Below are positions 25,883 through 35,335 of a DNA stretch of 50,293 nt, in pieces; the stretch's first letter is position 1; every line of letters begins with the position of its first letter. Source of the DNA: a virus (Duplodnaviria; Caudoviricetes). Under the pieces are notes generated by a model. That model was not told the origin of the DNA. It did no database searches and saw nothing but the letters and a program-made list of their open reading frames with translations. The translations under genes were made by a program, and so were the position numbers. The DNA lies in the IMG/VR virus record IMGVR_UViG_3300040971_000174, positions 1-50,293 of that record; one strand, written 5' to 3'.

Positions 25883-27583
25883 ATGGGCAAAAATTCTTAT
25901 ATATCGGTAACTGACCAATTCTGTGGCGCGGGTGGTTCCTCGATCGGGGCCACGCGTGCCGGCGCAGAAGTGCGCCTGGCAATGAATCACTGGAAACTGG
26001 CGATCGAAACGCATAACACCAACTTTCCCAATGTTGACCATGACTGCACTGACATCTCAGCCGTGGATCCACGGCGCTATCCATCGACCGACATTCTGAT
26101 CACCTCGCCGGAGTGCACGAACCATAGCTTGGCCAAAGGCAAACCGCGTCAGTTTTATCAGCAGGATCTATTCGGCACAGTGCTGATCGACCCCGCCGAA
26201 GAGCGCAGCCGCGCAACCATGTGGGACGTTCCGCGCTTTGCTGAGTACCACGATTACCGGCTGATCTATGTCGAGAACGTGGTCGACGCCGGCAAATGGC
26301 GACTTTTTGACGCCTGGTTGAGCGCCATGCACGCGCTGGGCTACGAACACCAGGTGTGTTACTTCAACAGTATGTTTGCCTGGCCGACACCCCAAAGCCG
26401 TGACCGGATGTATACGGTCTTCTGGAAAAAAGGCAACAAGAAACCCGATCTTGAGTTTCGCCCGCCGGCCTGGTGCCCGAACTGCCAGGCAAACACCGAA
26501 GGCATCCAAACCTGGAAGAAGCCGCACCAGAAATGGGGACGCTACAAGGCGCAATATTTCTATCGTTGCTCTCACTGCCATAAGCGGGTCGAGCCATACT
26601 ATTACGCAGCGTTCAACGCCATCGATTGGACCATCAAAGCCGAGCGCATCGGCGACCGCAAAACCCCGCTCAAACCCAAGACAATGGCGCGCGTTCAATA
26701 TGGCTTCGATGCATTCGGGAGAACACCCCTGATTGTGACGGGGCGCTATACCACCGGGGTTTCGTCTCGTGTTCGTGATGCAATGGCAGACGTCTTGCCG
26801 ACCCAGCCCGGTGACGCAAGTCACGCGCTGGTTTATCCCTGGCAGGTTGTTGACACCAGCTATGGCGACGAGATCAACCGCTCACGGAATGCTTTTGCGC
26901 AGCCCATGCCGACACAGGTCGGCCAGCAAAAGCAGGCGATCGTTATGCCCTGGATGGTTGAGACTGGGTACACCCACGCACCAGACAACCGCGCAGAAAG
27001 CAGCGCCGAAGCCCTGTTTACGCAGACCACCAGGCAGACTCTCGGGGTCGTTGGCTTTCTCAGCAAGCAATACGGTGGGCAGGCCGACCCGCGGTTTATG
27101 AACCTGCCGCTCGATGGGCCGACAGGCACGATCACCACCTGGGACCATCACGCGCTTTTGACCGTTCCGGTCGAGCACCAGGGCTTTATCGCTGACATGC
27201 GCGGCACGAGCAACGCCAGCAGCCTGGCCGACCCGCTTATGTGCATCACGGCCAGCGGAAGCCATCACGCGCTACTCGCCCAGGATGCGTTCCTGACGTA
27301 CTACTACGGCACTGCCAACAAGGCTGAGCGCGTTACCGATCCGTTCAACACTTTCACCGGCAACGACCGCGCCGGCCTGGTGCAGGGCGCGCTCGAAGAG
27401 ATGACCGTCGACGACCTGACGTTCAGAATGCTGCAATCTCACGAGATTGGCAAAGGCATGGCATTCCCCGGTGAGTATGTGGTGCTCGGCACGCAGCGCG
27501 AAAAGGTTCGCCAGTATGGGAACGCTGTCACCCCGCCGGCTATGGAAATGCTACTCGAGCGCGGCATCGCAACGTTTCAGTAA
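25883..27583 (+). CDS. C5 cytosine DNA methyltransferase
   Basis: DQFCGAGG, SPECT, VENV, QSRDR, YGNAV; long variable region. Confidence 0.93.
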   Translation: MGKNSYISVTDQFCGAGGSSIGATRAGAEVRLAMNHWKLAIETHNTNFPNVDHDCTDISAVDPRRYPSTDILITSPECTNHSLAKGKPRQFYQQDLFGTVLIDPAEERSRATMWDVPRFAEYHDYRLIYVENVVDAGKWRLFDAWLSAMHALGYEHQVCYFNSMFAWPTPQSRDRMYTVFWKKGNKKPDLEFRPPAWCPNCQANTEGIQTWKKPHQKWGRYKAQYFYRCSHCHKRVEPYYYAAFNAIDWTIKAERIGDRKTPLKPKTMARVQYGFDAFGRTPLIVTGRYTTGVSSRVRDAMADVLPTQPGDASHALVYPWQVVDTSYGDEINRSRNAFAQPMPTQVGQQKQAIVMPWMVETGYTHAPDNRAESSAEALFTQTTRQTLGVVGFLSKQYGGQADPRFMNLPLDGPTGTITTWDHHALLTVPVEHQGFIADMRGTSNASSLADPLMCITASGSHHALLAQDAFLTYYYGTANKAERVTDPFNTFTGNDRAGLVQGALEEMTVDDLTFRMLQSHEIGKGMAFPGEYVVLGTQREKVRQYGNAVTPPAMEMLLERGIATFQ

Positions 27584-27662
27584 TTTAGGCCATCGGTTGA
27601 ATTTGGGCCACTTACCCGATTTTAGGCCACTCAAAAGACCCTGTTGCGTGAAAGGAAAGATC

Positions 27663-27938
27663 ATGTCGGCTGACACCCTCACCCTGCACCTGAAGAAAGA
27701 ATACTTTAACCAGATCGTCGCCGGCGAAAAGACCGAAGAGTATCGCCTCGCTACGCCATACTGGGCAAAGCGGCTCGAAGATCGCCAGTACAAACAGGTT
27801 GTCTTGCTGTGCGGTTATCCGCCGGCGAGCGACCCCCGTAAGCGCGTCGTCCGGCACTGGCGCGGCTGCACACGCAAGATTATCACTCATCCGCACTTCG
27901 GCCCGGACCCTGTCGAGGTCTTTGCCATAAGGCTCTAA
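27663..27938 (+). CDS. ASCH-domain protein
   Basis: LHLKKEYFNQIVAGEKTEEYR...YW...GYP. Confidence 0.85.
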   Translation: MSADTLTLHLKKEYFNQIVAGEKTEEYRLATPYWAKRLEDRQYKQVVLLCGYPPASDPRKRVVRHWRGCTRKIITHPHFGPDPVEVFAIRL

Positions 27939-27982
27939 CATTAGAAATTTCGCCCCTGTTAATAGAAAGTTGGAGGTATCAA

Positions 27983-28261
27983 ATGCAAGTCGCTGCCACG
28001 ATAAAGACCCCAGTCGGCCCAGCCGACGCACCAGCCGAGCCACACCCAGGCCGGCTGTCCCCCAGGATGCTGGACGTCCTGACGCTCCTAGCGAGCGGGA
28101 AGACGCACGACCAGTCGGCCCAGGAGCTGGGCATATCCCGCTCGGCTGTAAAAGTCTACCTGGCAGGCGCAAAGCGCCGACTGGGCGTAAAAACACGCAA
28201 CGAGGCGATCGTGGCAGCGGTCGCCTCAGGTTTGGTAAGTTTGAATGGAGGTGTCTCATGA
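27983..28261 (+). CDS. LuxR-type HTH regulator
   Basis: LSPRMLDVLTLLASGKTHDQSAQELGISRSAVKVYLAGAKRRLGVKTR. Confidence 0.88.
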   Translation: MQVAATIKTPVGPADAPAEPHPGRLSPRMLDVLTLLASGKTHDQSAQELGISRSAVKVYLAGAKRRLGVKTRNEAIVAAVASGLVSLNGGVS

Positions 28262-28665
28262 ATACAGATAGCGCAATAGCAACAATTTTGCTGCTTATTA
28301 CAATCCTTTTGAGCCAATTTATTGTTACCATCGCATCCTTCCTAAACCTTGGGAGATACGGCGGAAGCGTCCCTCCGCCACCGCCAATATGGTTTGAGCG
28401 CCAATCGGACGATATTGTGACCATTGATGGCCGGCACTACAAGGCTATGAGCGACGATGAAGCTGTAGAGTTTATATGGGGTGGCGCGAAAGATATTTCA
28501 GTAACAGAAAGCAAAATCATGGTTTACAAGGACGGCTCATGGAAAATTGTTCAAAGTAGTTCTGCCTGGGAGTTCGAGAACGATCCAGATTGGCTTACGT
28601 CAATAGACATTGAAGCTATTTCCGAAGTCGTATTCAGTGTTAATCTGAAGGAAGGTGTCTCGTGA
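28258..28665 (+). CDS. Membrane-anchored hypothetical protein
   Basis: N-terminal TM; ATGA overlap; AT-rich. Confidence 0.6.
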   Translation: MNTDSAIATILLLITILLSQFIVTIASFLNLGRYGGSVPPPPPIWFERQSDDIVTIDGRHYKAMSDDEAVEFIWGGAKDISVTESKIMVYKDGSWKIVQSSSAWEFENDPDWLTSIDIEAISEVVFSVNLKEGVS

Positions 28666-29000
28666 TGGCCAAGATAAAGGCTGTATGGTTGCACATCAAA
28701 CGCCTTTGGGCGCTGTACGACTACCTGGCTAATCTCGAAAAGGAAGTCGGCCTGCTGCGCAATCGGGTCAACGAGCTGACGACGGTTCACGCCGACATCA
28801 ACCCCTACACCGATGACATCGTAATTGTAGTGGGGCGCTATAGAAATAGCGATTATGTTCGCGTTTTCACCCTGCCAGAACAAAGCATTTCAAGTGTTAT
28901 TGAGCGGTTGCATGAAATGGAAAAGTATGCAAAGGTCGGCCGCTTCGATATTTATCCACATATCGACATTCGCGCTTTTTATGACCGCGAAAGGTTTTAG
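28662..29000 (+). CDS. Hypothetical protein
   Basis: GTGA overlap; RBS GAAGG. Confidence 0.65.
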   Translation: MMAKIKAVWLHIKRLWALYDYLANLEKEVGLLRNRVNELTTVHADINPYTDDIVIVVGRYRNSDYVRVFTLPEQSISSVIERLHEMEKYAKVGRFDIYPHIDIRAFYDRERF

Positions 29001-29002
29001 CG

Positions 29003-29527
29003 ATGGCTCAAGAGTTGGACTATGAATTTGCCCTATATCTGTGTAACTGCTATAACAAATCTCGCAATGTCCCCATCCCATATCATGCTTATGCCTGCGC
29101 ATATCGCAAGTATCGAGAAGACGAAGACGAAATGGAAATGTCTCGCAAGGATAGCGATGGTGGTGGCATTCCAGTCCCGGAGGCCTTTCGTGAACTCATC
29201 AAGTCGGGCCAATCTCTAACCAGTTTTATCCCGATAAGCAAGACCCAGCTTATCTACGGCCAGGGCCTTTGCGCGGAATGCGGACAACACGCCAACTATT
29301 ACCCAGGCGGCAAACGCCTGAGAACCCACGCCGGTCGGGGCGGAGGCATTTGCCGGCACAGGAAGGCCATCAAGCCGGTCGGCATACTGCCGGCGGGAAA
29401 AACGCTGCTTGGCTTCCCGGTTGTCGAGGCCGACATACCGGAAAACACGGTCATTCTTTTTGGGGATTTCTCAAATTGGGTGGCCGCAAAGAACGTTGGG
29501 AGAAACGTTGCAAAGGAGAAAACATGA
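29003..29527 (+). CDS. Mosaic hypothetical protein (Zn motif plus capsid-C-terminus-like segment)
   Basis: CAECG...H...C, then TLLGFPVVEADIPENTVILFGDFS. Confidence 0.5.
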   Translation: MAQELDYEFALYLCNCYNKSRNVPIPYHAYACAYRKYREDEDEMEMSRKDSDGGGIPVPEAFRELIKSGQSLTSFIPISKTQLIYGQGLCAECGQHANYYPGGKRLRTHAGRGGGICRHRKAIKPVGILPAGKTLLGFPVVEADIPENTVILFGDFSNWVAAKNVGRNVAKEKT

Positions 29528-29748
29528 TAGGAAATATCACGAAAATCATAAAAGATGACACAGTTACAACTGGATATGGATTTTATGAATGCCCCACCTG
29601 CGGCGCACAGTTCTACGGTGGTGGACCCGCATTGCACAACAAGGAGTGCAAAGAAACTGGATACGACATTTGCATTTATCACGTAGGCCCACGCTGCCCA
29701 GAATATGAAACCGCCGAGGAAGCGAAAGAAAAGAAATTTGACAAATGA
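29524..29748 (+). CDS. Small zinc-finger protein
   Basis: ECPTCG...LHNKEC; RBS AAGGAG. Confidence 0.6.
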   Translation: MIGNITKIIKDDTVTTGYGFYECPTCGAQFYGGGPALHNKECKETGYDICIYHVGPRCPEYETAEEAKEKKFDK

Positions 29749-29786
29749 GATAAGCCAACCCAGCAACACGAAAAGGAGAACGAAGC

Positions 29787-29822
29787 AACTCCCCAGGTCA
29801 TAGAGACCTGGGGAGTTTTCTT
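29787..29822 (+). terminator. Rho-independent terminator
   Basis: AACTCCCCAGGTC-ATAGA-GACCTGGGGAGTT followed by TTCTT. Confidence 0.8.
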
Positions 29823-29827
29823 ATTGA

Positions 29828-30634
29828 ATGAGAACACTCATAGCAGCCTTACTGTTTTTTATTGTCTTTTTATTCGTGCAACCCGATGCCACTGACTGGC
29901 GACTGATCTTCTACAAAGTCGGCACAGCCAACCCCTATGACACGCACGCTTTTATCAACCCGCCCTGGGTGGCGCTTCTCGTCCGCCCGTTGAGCCTTTT
30001 CCCCGACCGTATCTCTCTCGCGCTAAACCTGGCAATTACCTGCGCTGTTTTCCTGGCGCTGGTCGAGCAGCGTGGGGGCAAGCCGGCGCACGCTGTGCTC
30101 CTGCTGACATCTGCGCCGTTCCTGAGCCTGCTGCAAAATGGCAACGTGGAATGGATCCCGGCTGTCGGCTTTCTGGCCGGCGGCGTCCCTGGATCCTTTC
30201 TTCTCCTTGCAAAGCCGCAATCGGGCTTTCTGGCCTGTGTGTACTGGCTGAAACGCTCGCGGGATAAGCTGGCCTTTATCAACAACGCTTTCGCCCTGGC
30301 CCTGCTCAGCCTGATTGCGTGGCCACGCTGGCCGGCTCTGCTGTTGGAAAACATTCACGAAATACCCGATACAGAAGCCGGCATAGGCATCGTCGGCATT
30401 TCTCCGTGGCCCTATGGCATCGCCGCCGCCCTAGCCCTGATCGTTGTCGCACTCAAAGCGGGCCGACATGAAGAGATATACCTGGTAATGGCATCCTTGC
30501 TCATATCGCCATACTTCCTGGGGCACTCGCTGACCATCCTTGTGGCGATCGCCCTGCCGGCTGTGCGCCTTCGGGTCGGCCTGCTCGCCTGGGTGATCCT
30601 TTGGGCGATTCCAGTAGTCAACTTGTTGGGGTAA
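29828..30634 (+). CDS. GT87/DUF2029-like GT-C membrane glycosyltransferase
   Basis: DW...NPY...FINPPWVALLVRPL, LQNGNVEW, LLAKPQSG; about 8 TM helices. Confidence 0.7.
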   Translation: MRTLIAALLFFIVFLFVQPDATDWRLIFYKVGTANPYDTHAFINPPWVALLVRPLSLFPDRISLALNLAITCAVFLALVEQRGGKPAHAVLLLTSAPFLSLLQNGNVEWIPAVGFLAGGVPGSFLLLAKPQSGFLACVYWLKRSRDKLAFINNAFALALLSLIAWPRWPALLLENIHEIPDTEAGIGIVGISPWPYGIAAALALIVVALKAGRHEEIYLVMASLLISPYFLGHSLTILVAIALPAVRLRVGLLAWVILWAIPVVNLLG

Positions 30635-30699
30635 GTCGAGAGCCATGTGTATGGCAGAACCATTTCGTTGGCAGTATACTTATAGAAAAGGAGAGTGGA

Positions 30700-31173
30700 A
30701 TGGAACCAAAAGAAGCAAAAGAAAACTTAAATGAGCTTTATGTAGATCACCTGACCGCTGGTCTTGAAAAACGTCCGCTTGGAAAAATCCTTGACTTTAT
30801 GGCTCTTTACTGCGGCTGGGAAGAGATCTTTACATATGTTTTCAAAAAGGTTGAAGAAAAGCGCCTGGCGCAAGATGATGAGCTAAACGAACTACTTTCC
30901 TTTATCAAACGCTTTGGCGGAATCTATACATATCCAGCCGGCGACGAAAACCAAAAAAAGGTTTTTGCGGGTTGCCTTGAACTGGAAAAACGTGGATTGG
31001 TTTGCAGGTCAGATGATGTGCCGGATGTTGTGTTTTTCAAAGCACGCCCAGTTTCCGGCGTGAATGTTGTGGTCAGCAAAGCTCTTGAACCCGGTCAGTT
31101 TGTTATGGCGAGCCAATCAGACATAGACAAGGCTGTTGATGCAAGTCTACGACGCAGCCTACGCGACAAATAA
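30700..31173 (+). CDS. Hypothetical protein (moron)
   Basis: RBS AAGGAG; TATACT -10 upstream; AT-rich. Confidence 0.65.
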   Translation: MEPKEAKENLNELYVDHLTAGLEKRPLGKILDFMALYCGWEEIFTYVFKKVEEKRLAQDDELNELLSFIKRFGGIYTYPAGDENQKKVFAGCLELEKRGLVCRSDDVPDVVFFKARPVSGVNVVVSKALEPGQFVMASQSDIDKAVDASLRRSLRDK

Positions 31174-31201
31174 CAGCAACCTACCCAAAGGAGGTAGCGT
31201 T

Positions 31202-31477
31202 ATGCCACTGAAAATAAGTTACTTTGTAGATAACGAAGTATTAGAGGCGTCAGCACCAGCAGCCAAAAAAGACGGGAAAGTCGATATTTTTATTGTTCGT
31301 GGAAAACTGAAAAGAACACTCCGCGAAGATTTGTCAGAGAGCGCTTTCGAAGAGCTGATACTTTCGTACTGGGCTGGTGCCCTGGCGGGCGAAACTGGTA
31401 CCCCGATCGAAAGCATAACGCCGGAAAAAATGAAGGAGTGGCAGAGTATCTATAGCCAGAGCCATACAGGCGAATAA
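31202..31477 (+). CDS. Hypothetical protein (moron)
   Basis: RBS AAGGAGG. Confidence 0.7.
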   Translation: MPLKISYFVDNEVLEASAPAAKKDGKVDIFIVRGKLKRTLREDLSESAFEELILSYWAGALAGETGTPIESITPEKMKEWQSIYSQSHTGE

Positions 31478-31493
31478 GAACCGCTACCCCCAC

Positions 31494-31522
31494 AAAGAGC
31501 CCCTCAACTGAGGGGCTCTTTT
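31494..31522. terminator. Intrinsic terminator, possibly bidirectional, ending the early/middle region
   Basis: AAAGAGCCCCTCA-AC-TGAGGGGCTCTTTT. Confidence 0.85.
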
Positions 31523-31651
31523 CATTTAACTACCTATCACCCGTTTGGACAATGGCCGAATAGCCAATGTCCATATAGACAACTACCGCCGGCCGGCCCT
31601 TTTGGGTACAGTAAAGGTGTAACGATAATCATTTTCAATTACCCCCGGAGA

Positions 31652-32095
31652 ATGCACATGCAAACACTCAAATCCCTGAACTGGTCGGCCATCACCGCGG
31701 CGCTGTTTGCGCTTGGCGTCATCACCACAGCCGACCCCAGCCTCGCGGCCATTTCGATGGCCGGCATGGTCCTGATCGCCCTGCTCAACTTCCTGGCGCG
31801 CAGCTTCGGCTATCGCGTCAGCGCAGGCTGGCTGACGATCATCCTGTATGGCGTGGCGACCGTGCTGGCCGTGATGCTCAACCCCGTGACCGTGCCCCCG
31901 TTCCCGGTCTACCCAGGAGACCCCGTTACCTTTGCGCAGGCGCTGGCCGACTTTATTGCCAGGACGGCCCCGCTGGCCGGCTCGATCACAGCCTCGGCGA
32001 CCCTTGTATACAACGCGCTCAAGCCGCTGGTCTGGGATAAGTACCTGCCGGCGGTCGATCCGACCGGTTACGTGGCGCCGGAAGAAGTCGGGTAA
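31652..32095 (+). CDS. Holin-like membrane protein
   Basis: 3-4 TM helices; first gene of the late operon. Confidence 0.55.
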   Translation: MHMQTLKSLNWSAITAALFALGVITTADPSLAAISMAGMVLIALLNFLARSFGYRVSAGWLTIILYGVATVLAVMLNPVTVPPFPVYPGDPVTFAQALADFIARTAPLAGSITASATLVYNALKPLVWDKYLPAVDPTGYVAPEEVG

Positions 32096-32106
32096 GGCGG
32101 CCCACG

Positions 32107-32499
32107 ATGCTACCAGAAGTCCCCGTCTCAGTTTGGGATCAGATCCCCATCGTTGTAATCTTTACCCTGCTGCTTGGCGGGCTGTCTTTTTTCATGGTCA
32201 AGGCCTTCTCGAAGGCGGTTGCCGACATCAACTCTTACTATGCCCAGATGGTCGAGAAGAGCAATACGCAGTATGCGCAAGCCCTGCGCGACAACAACGA
32301 GCAGTGGCAGCGCTATTTTGATGCGCGGTCAGAGTTGAGCAGCCTGATCAATGCCCAGATCGTCAAACGGCTCGAGGGCGTCACCGAGATACTTTCAAAG
32401 CTGATTGACGACTTTGAGCGCCATGACCAGTGGGAGCGCCAGGCGATTGAAGATCTGACGCAGAAACCCGCGCCGGCAAAAAGGAATCGCAACCAATGA
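32107..32499 (+). CDS. TM and coiled-coil protein (holin/BhlA-like)
   Basis: Single N-terminal TM followed by an amphipathic coil. Confidence 0.55.
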   Translation: MLPEVPVSVWDQIPIVVIFTLLLGGLSFFMVKAFSKAVADINSYYAQMVEKSNTQYAQALRDNNEQWQRYFDARSELSSLINAQIVKRLEGVTEILSKLIDDFERHDQWERQAIEDLTQKPAPAKRNRNQ

Positions 32500-32825
32500 C
32501 GCAAAAACTGACAGTTCTCGCCCCTGTAGTCAATATCCGCCGCGGTCCCAACGACTCTGGCGCTTTCATCAAAAAGGCCGCCGTCGGCGAGCAGTTTGAC
32601 GTGCTCCAGCTCATCCCTGGGCAAAGGCCGCCCGAGCAATGGGCAAAGATCATCCTGCCAGATAAGCGGGATGTTGCCGCTTATATCTGTGTGACTCTGC
32701 CCTCAGGCAACCCGCTCTGTGATGTCTCTGCCGCGCAGGAGCGAAGCTACGCCGACGGCTTCAAGGCTGGTGTTGAGCACGTGCTGCGCTGGGTCTCCAC
32801 AGAACGTGCAAAGTTGGGTGACTGA
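32496..32825 (+). CDS. Stand-alone SH3b-like domain protein
   Basis: VNIRRGP...GEQFDVL...WAKI...AYI. Confidence 0.6.
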   Translation: MTQKLTVLAPVVNIRRGPNDSGAFIKKAAVGEQFDVLQLIPGQRPPEQWAKIILPDKRDVAAYICVTLPSGNPLCDVSAAQERSYADGFKAGVEHVLRWVSTERAKLGD

Positions 32826-33538
32826 TGTCGTTTGATCCCGAGAACCCCCTCGATCGAATGCCTGGCGAGTCAAAACGCGCCTACGCCGCGTTCTACGACT
32901 ACGCCATGCAGGGCGCTGGTGCGCGCAGTATGCGCCGGCTGCTCGAGGGCTATCGGGCATCGGAGAACCCAATCACGAAATCATGGGTAAGTATTTCCCA
33001 CTGGTCGGCAAACTACCAGTGGGTAGACAGGGCCGACCGCTTCGACGAGCTGACCCGCGAAAAGGCCCTTGCAGAGCACGAAGCGCGCTGGCGCGCCAAG
33101 GTAATGGGCGCAACTGAGGTGCTCGGTCGGCTCTCCGAGCAGGCAGCTGTCAGCATAGCCGACTTTATAACGCTGAGGCTTGAGCCGGAAGCGCTCATCA
33201 TCCCGCTCAAAAAAGATGACGATGATGACGAAGACGGTGAAGGCCGGCAGGTTATCGAATCCGGGCGCTTTATCCAGGTCGCTGAGCTCAACTGGGAAGC
33301 CATCCAGGCTAACGGCCACCTGATCAAGTCCATCACCAATACCAAGCACGGTCCGCGCCTCGAGCTGCACGACGGCCAGACTGCGCTGATCAATATGGGT
33401 CGGCACCACAAGCTCTTCGTCGACCAGTCCGAAGTTAAGTCAACAGTGGTGCAGCTCTCAGCCGACGACATGGCCGAGGCTCGCGCCAAAGCGCAAGAGT
33501 ATGAGAAAGGCCTGCTTGATGACAGGCCGGCCGAATGA
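32825..33538 (+). CDS. terS: Terminase small subunit
   Basis: GESKRAYAAF...WSANYQWVDRA; ELHDGQTALINMGRHHKLF; precedes TerL. Confidence 0.8.
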   Translation: MSFDPENPLDRMPGESKRAYAAFYDYAMQGAGARSMRRLLEGYRASENPITKSWVSISHWSANYQWVDRADRFDELTREKALAEHEARWRAKVMGATEVLGRLSEQAAVSIADFITLRLEPEALIIPLKKDDDDDEDGEGRQVIESGRFIQVAELNWEAIQANGHLIKSITNTKHGPRLELHDGQTALINMGRHHKLFVDQSEVKSTVVQLSADDMAEARAKAQEYEKGLLDDRPAE

Positions 33539-34934
33539 GCAGGCGGTCGAGTGGCTGGCTTGCGCAGAAAGCCCCATCTATTTTATTGACCGGTATGTCC
33601 AAATATATGACGCGACAGAGCGCAAATGGATACCGTTCAAGCTCTGGAAAGAACAAGCAAGGACACTGATCGAAATGAAAGATAACCGCCTTGTCGCCAT
33701 TCTCAAAGCCCGCCAACTGGGTATCACCTGGCTGGTGCTTGGCTTCGCGCTATGGCTGATGATCTTTCATCCAGCGGTTACGGTCCTGATCTTCTCCAGG
33801 CGCGACACAGAAGCCGTTTACCTGCTCGGCGAGGAACGCCTGCGCGGCATGTATTCCAGGCTTCCCGAGTGGATGCAGGCCCGCCAGGTGCTGATCGAGA
33901 GCGCCCACGAATGGCAGCTCTCGAACGGCTCAATTGCCCGCGCGTTCCCAACGTCGGCCGGCGACTCCTACACCGCTACGCTGGCCATCGTCGACGAGGC
34001 CGACCTGGCCCCGGATCTGGCGCGCTTGATGAACGCGGTCAAGCCGACCATCGATGGCGGCGGCCGCATGGTCATGCTTAGCCGTTCGGACAACACCCGC
34101 CCGGACAGCATGTTCAAGAAGATCTACAAGGCCGCCAAGGCCGGCACAAATGGCTGGAAGGCCGTATTCCTTCCCTGGTGGGTGCGGCCGGCGCGCGACG
34201 TGGCCTGGTACGAGGCGCAAAAAGCCGACATCCTGGCGCGCTCAGGCGGGCTGGACGACCTGCACCAGCAATACCCAAACAGCGACGTCGAGGCCCTGTC
34301 GGCCCGCTCCCTGGATAAGCGCATCCCGTCCAACTGGCTCAACCAGTGCTACGCCGAGATCAAGCCGCTCAGCCCTGCGAATGCGCCGGCGATCCCCAAC
34401 CTGGTTATCTGGGCCACGCCTCGTGTTGGGCGCGAGTACGTCATTGGCGCAGACCCAGCCGAGGGCAACCCAACATCAGACAACAGCAGCATGACCGTCG
34501 TGGACACCATCAGCGGCGAAGAGGTTGCGCAGCTGACCGGAAGGTACGAGCCGTCGACATTTGGATCTTATATCAGCCAGGTATCCCGTTATTACAACAA
34601 GGCTGCGGCCCTGCCGGAGCGCAATAACCACGGTCACGCGGTCATCTTGTGGCTGCGCGACAACTCCAAGGTCAAGATATTGCGCGGGCAGGATCATAAG
34701 CCAGGCTGGCAGACCACCTCGGTCTCGAAGGCTTTGATGTACGAGAAGACCGCCGACGCTTTCCGTAACCAGGAAACCAGCATTCATTCCTTTGACACGC
34801 TGAACGAACTATCCAGCATCGAAGGCTCGTCCCTGTCGGCCCCTGAAGGCCTGAACGACGACAGGGCCACAAGCTACGCCCTGGCGTTGCTTGCGCGCAC
34901 CAGACCGAAGACATACCGCATGCCGGTCGCATAG
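33519..34934 (+). CDS. terL: Terminase large subunit
   Basis: LKARQLGIT, IVDEAD, GADPAEG, ERNNHG, NDDR. Confidence 0.93.
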   Translation: MTGRPNEQAVEWLACAESPIYFIDRYVQIYDATERKWIPFKLWKEQARTLIEMKDNRLVAILKARQLGITWLVLGFALWLMIFHPAVTVLIFSRRDTEAVYLLGEERLRGMYSRLPEWMQARQVLIESAHEWQLSNGSIARAFPTSAGDSYTATLAIVDEADLAPDLARLMNAVKPTIDGGGRMVMLSRSDNTRPDSMFKKIYKAAKAGTNGWKAVFLPWWVRPARDVAWYEAQKADILARSGGLDDLHQQYPNSDVEALSARSLDKRIPSNWLNQCYAEIKPLSPANAPAIPNLVIWATPRVGREYVIGADPAEGNPTSDNSSMTVVDTISGEEVAQLTGRYEPSTFGSYISQVSRYYNKAAALPERNNHGHAVILWLRDNSKVKILRGQDHKPGWQTTSVSKALMYEKTADAFRNQETSIHSFDTLNELSSIEGSSLSAPEGLNDDRATSYALALLARTRPKTYRMPVA

Positions 34935-34948
34935 CACAAGGAGTCACT

Positions 34949-35335
34949 ATGACCAACAAAGCATCAAACTTGCTCGAAGCTTTCAACGATGCCGTACAAG
35001 CCATCAATCCCGCCGCCGCGCGCGAGGCGACAATGCTCGAAGCTGTCAACAAGCTCGTTGATGAGCTTACGGCCTTTGTCGGCAAAAACACCGGCGACCA
35101 GGTACTGAAGCAACTTGTCTTTACCGGCGCCGACGCGTCCGTAGAAGCTGCGCCGGCCACCCTGACAGGGGCAGAAGTCGGCGACGTTGTCGTTGGCGTG
35201 GTCAACCTGACCGACCTGGCCGACGCCTCTGCCGTATTCGAAAGCGCGATCACCGTGGATGACCAGATCCAGCAAGCAGAAACAGATCTGTCTGAAAAGA
35301 AACTGTTTGTATTGTTGATCGCCAGTGGTGCCTAA
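34949..35335 (+). CDS. Virion-associated hypothetical protein
   Basis: RBS AAGGAG; lies between terL and portal. Confidence 0.65.
   Translation: MTNKASNLLEAFNDAVQAINPAAAREATMLEAVNKLVDELTAFVGKNTGDQVLKQLVFTGADASVEAAPATLTGAEVGDVVVGVVNLTDLADASAVFESAITVDDQIQQAETDLSEKKLFVLLIASGA

Noticed and set aside
25605-25910. 101-aa ORF between the methyltransferases
   Set aside because: Low-complexity translation of the repeat array with no recognisable motif; not called as a gene.
1686-31565. Shared 13-mer TGGCCGAATAGCC (1686-1698 minus strand, 31553-31565 plus strand)
   Set aside because: Multiple 13-bp matches are expected by chance in 50 kb.
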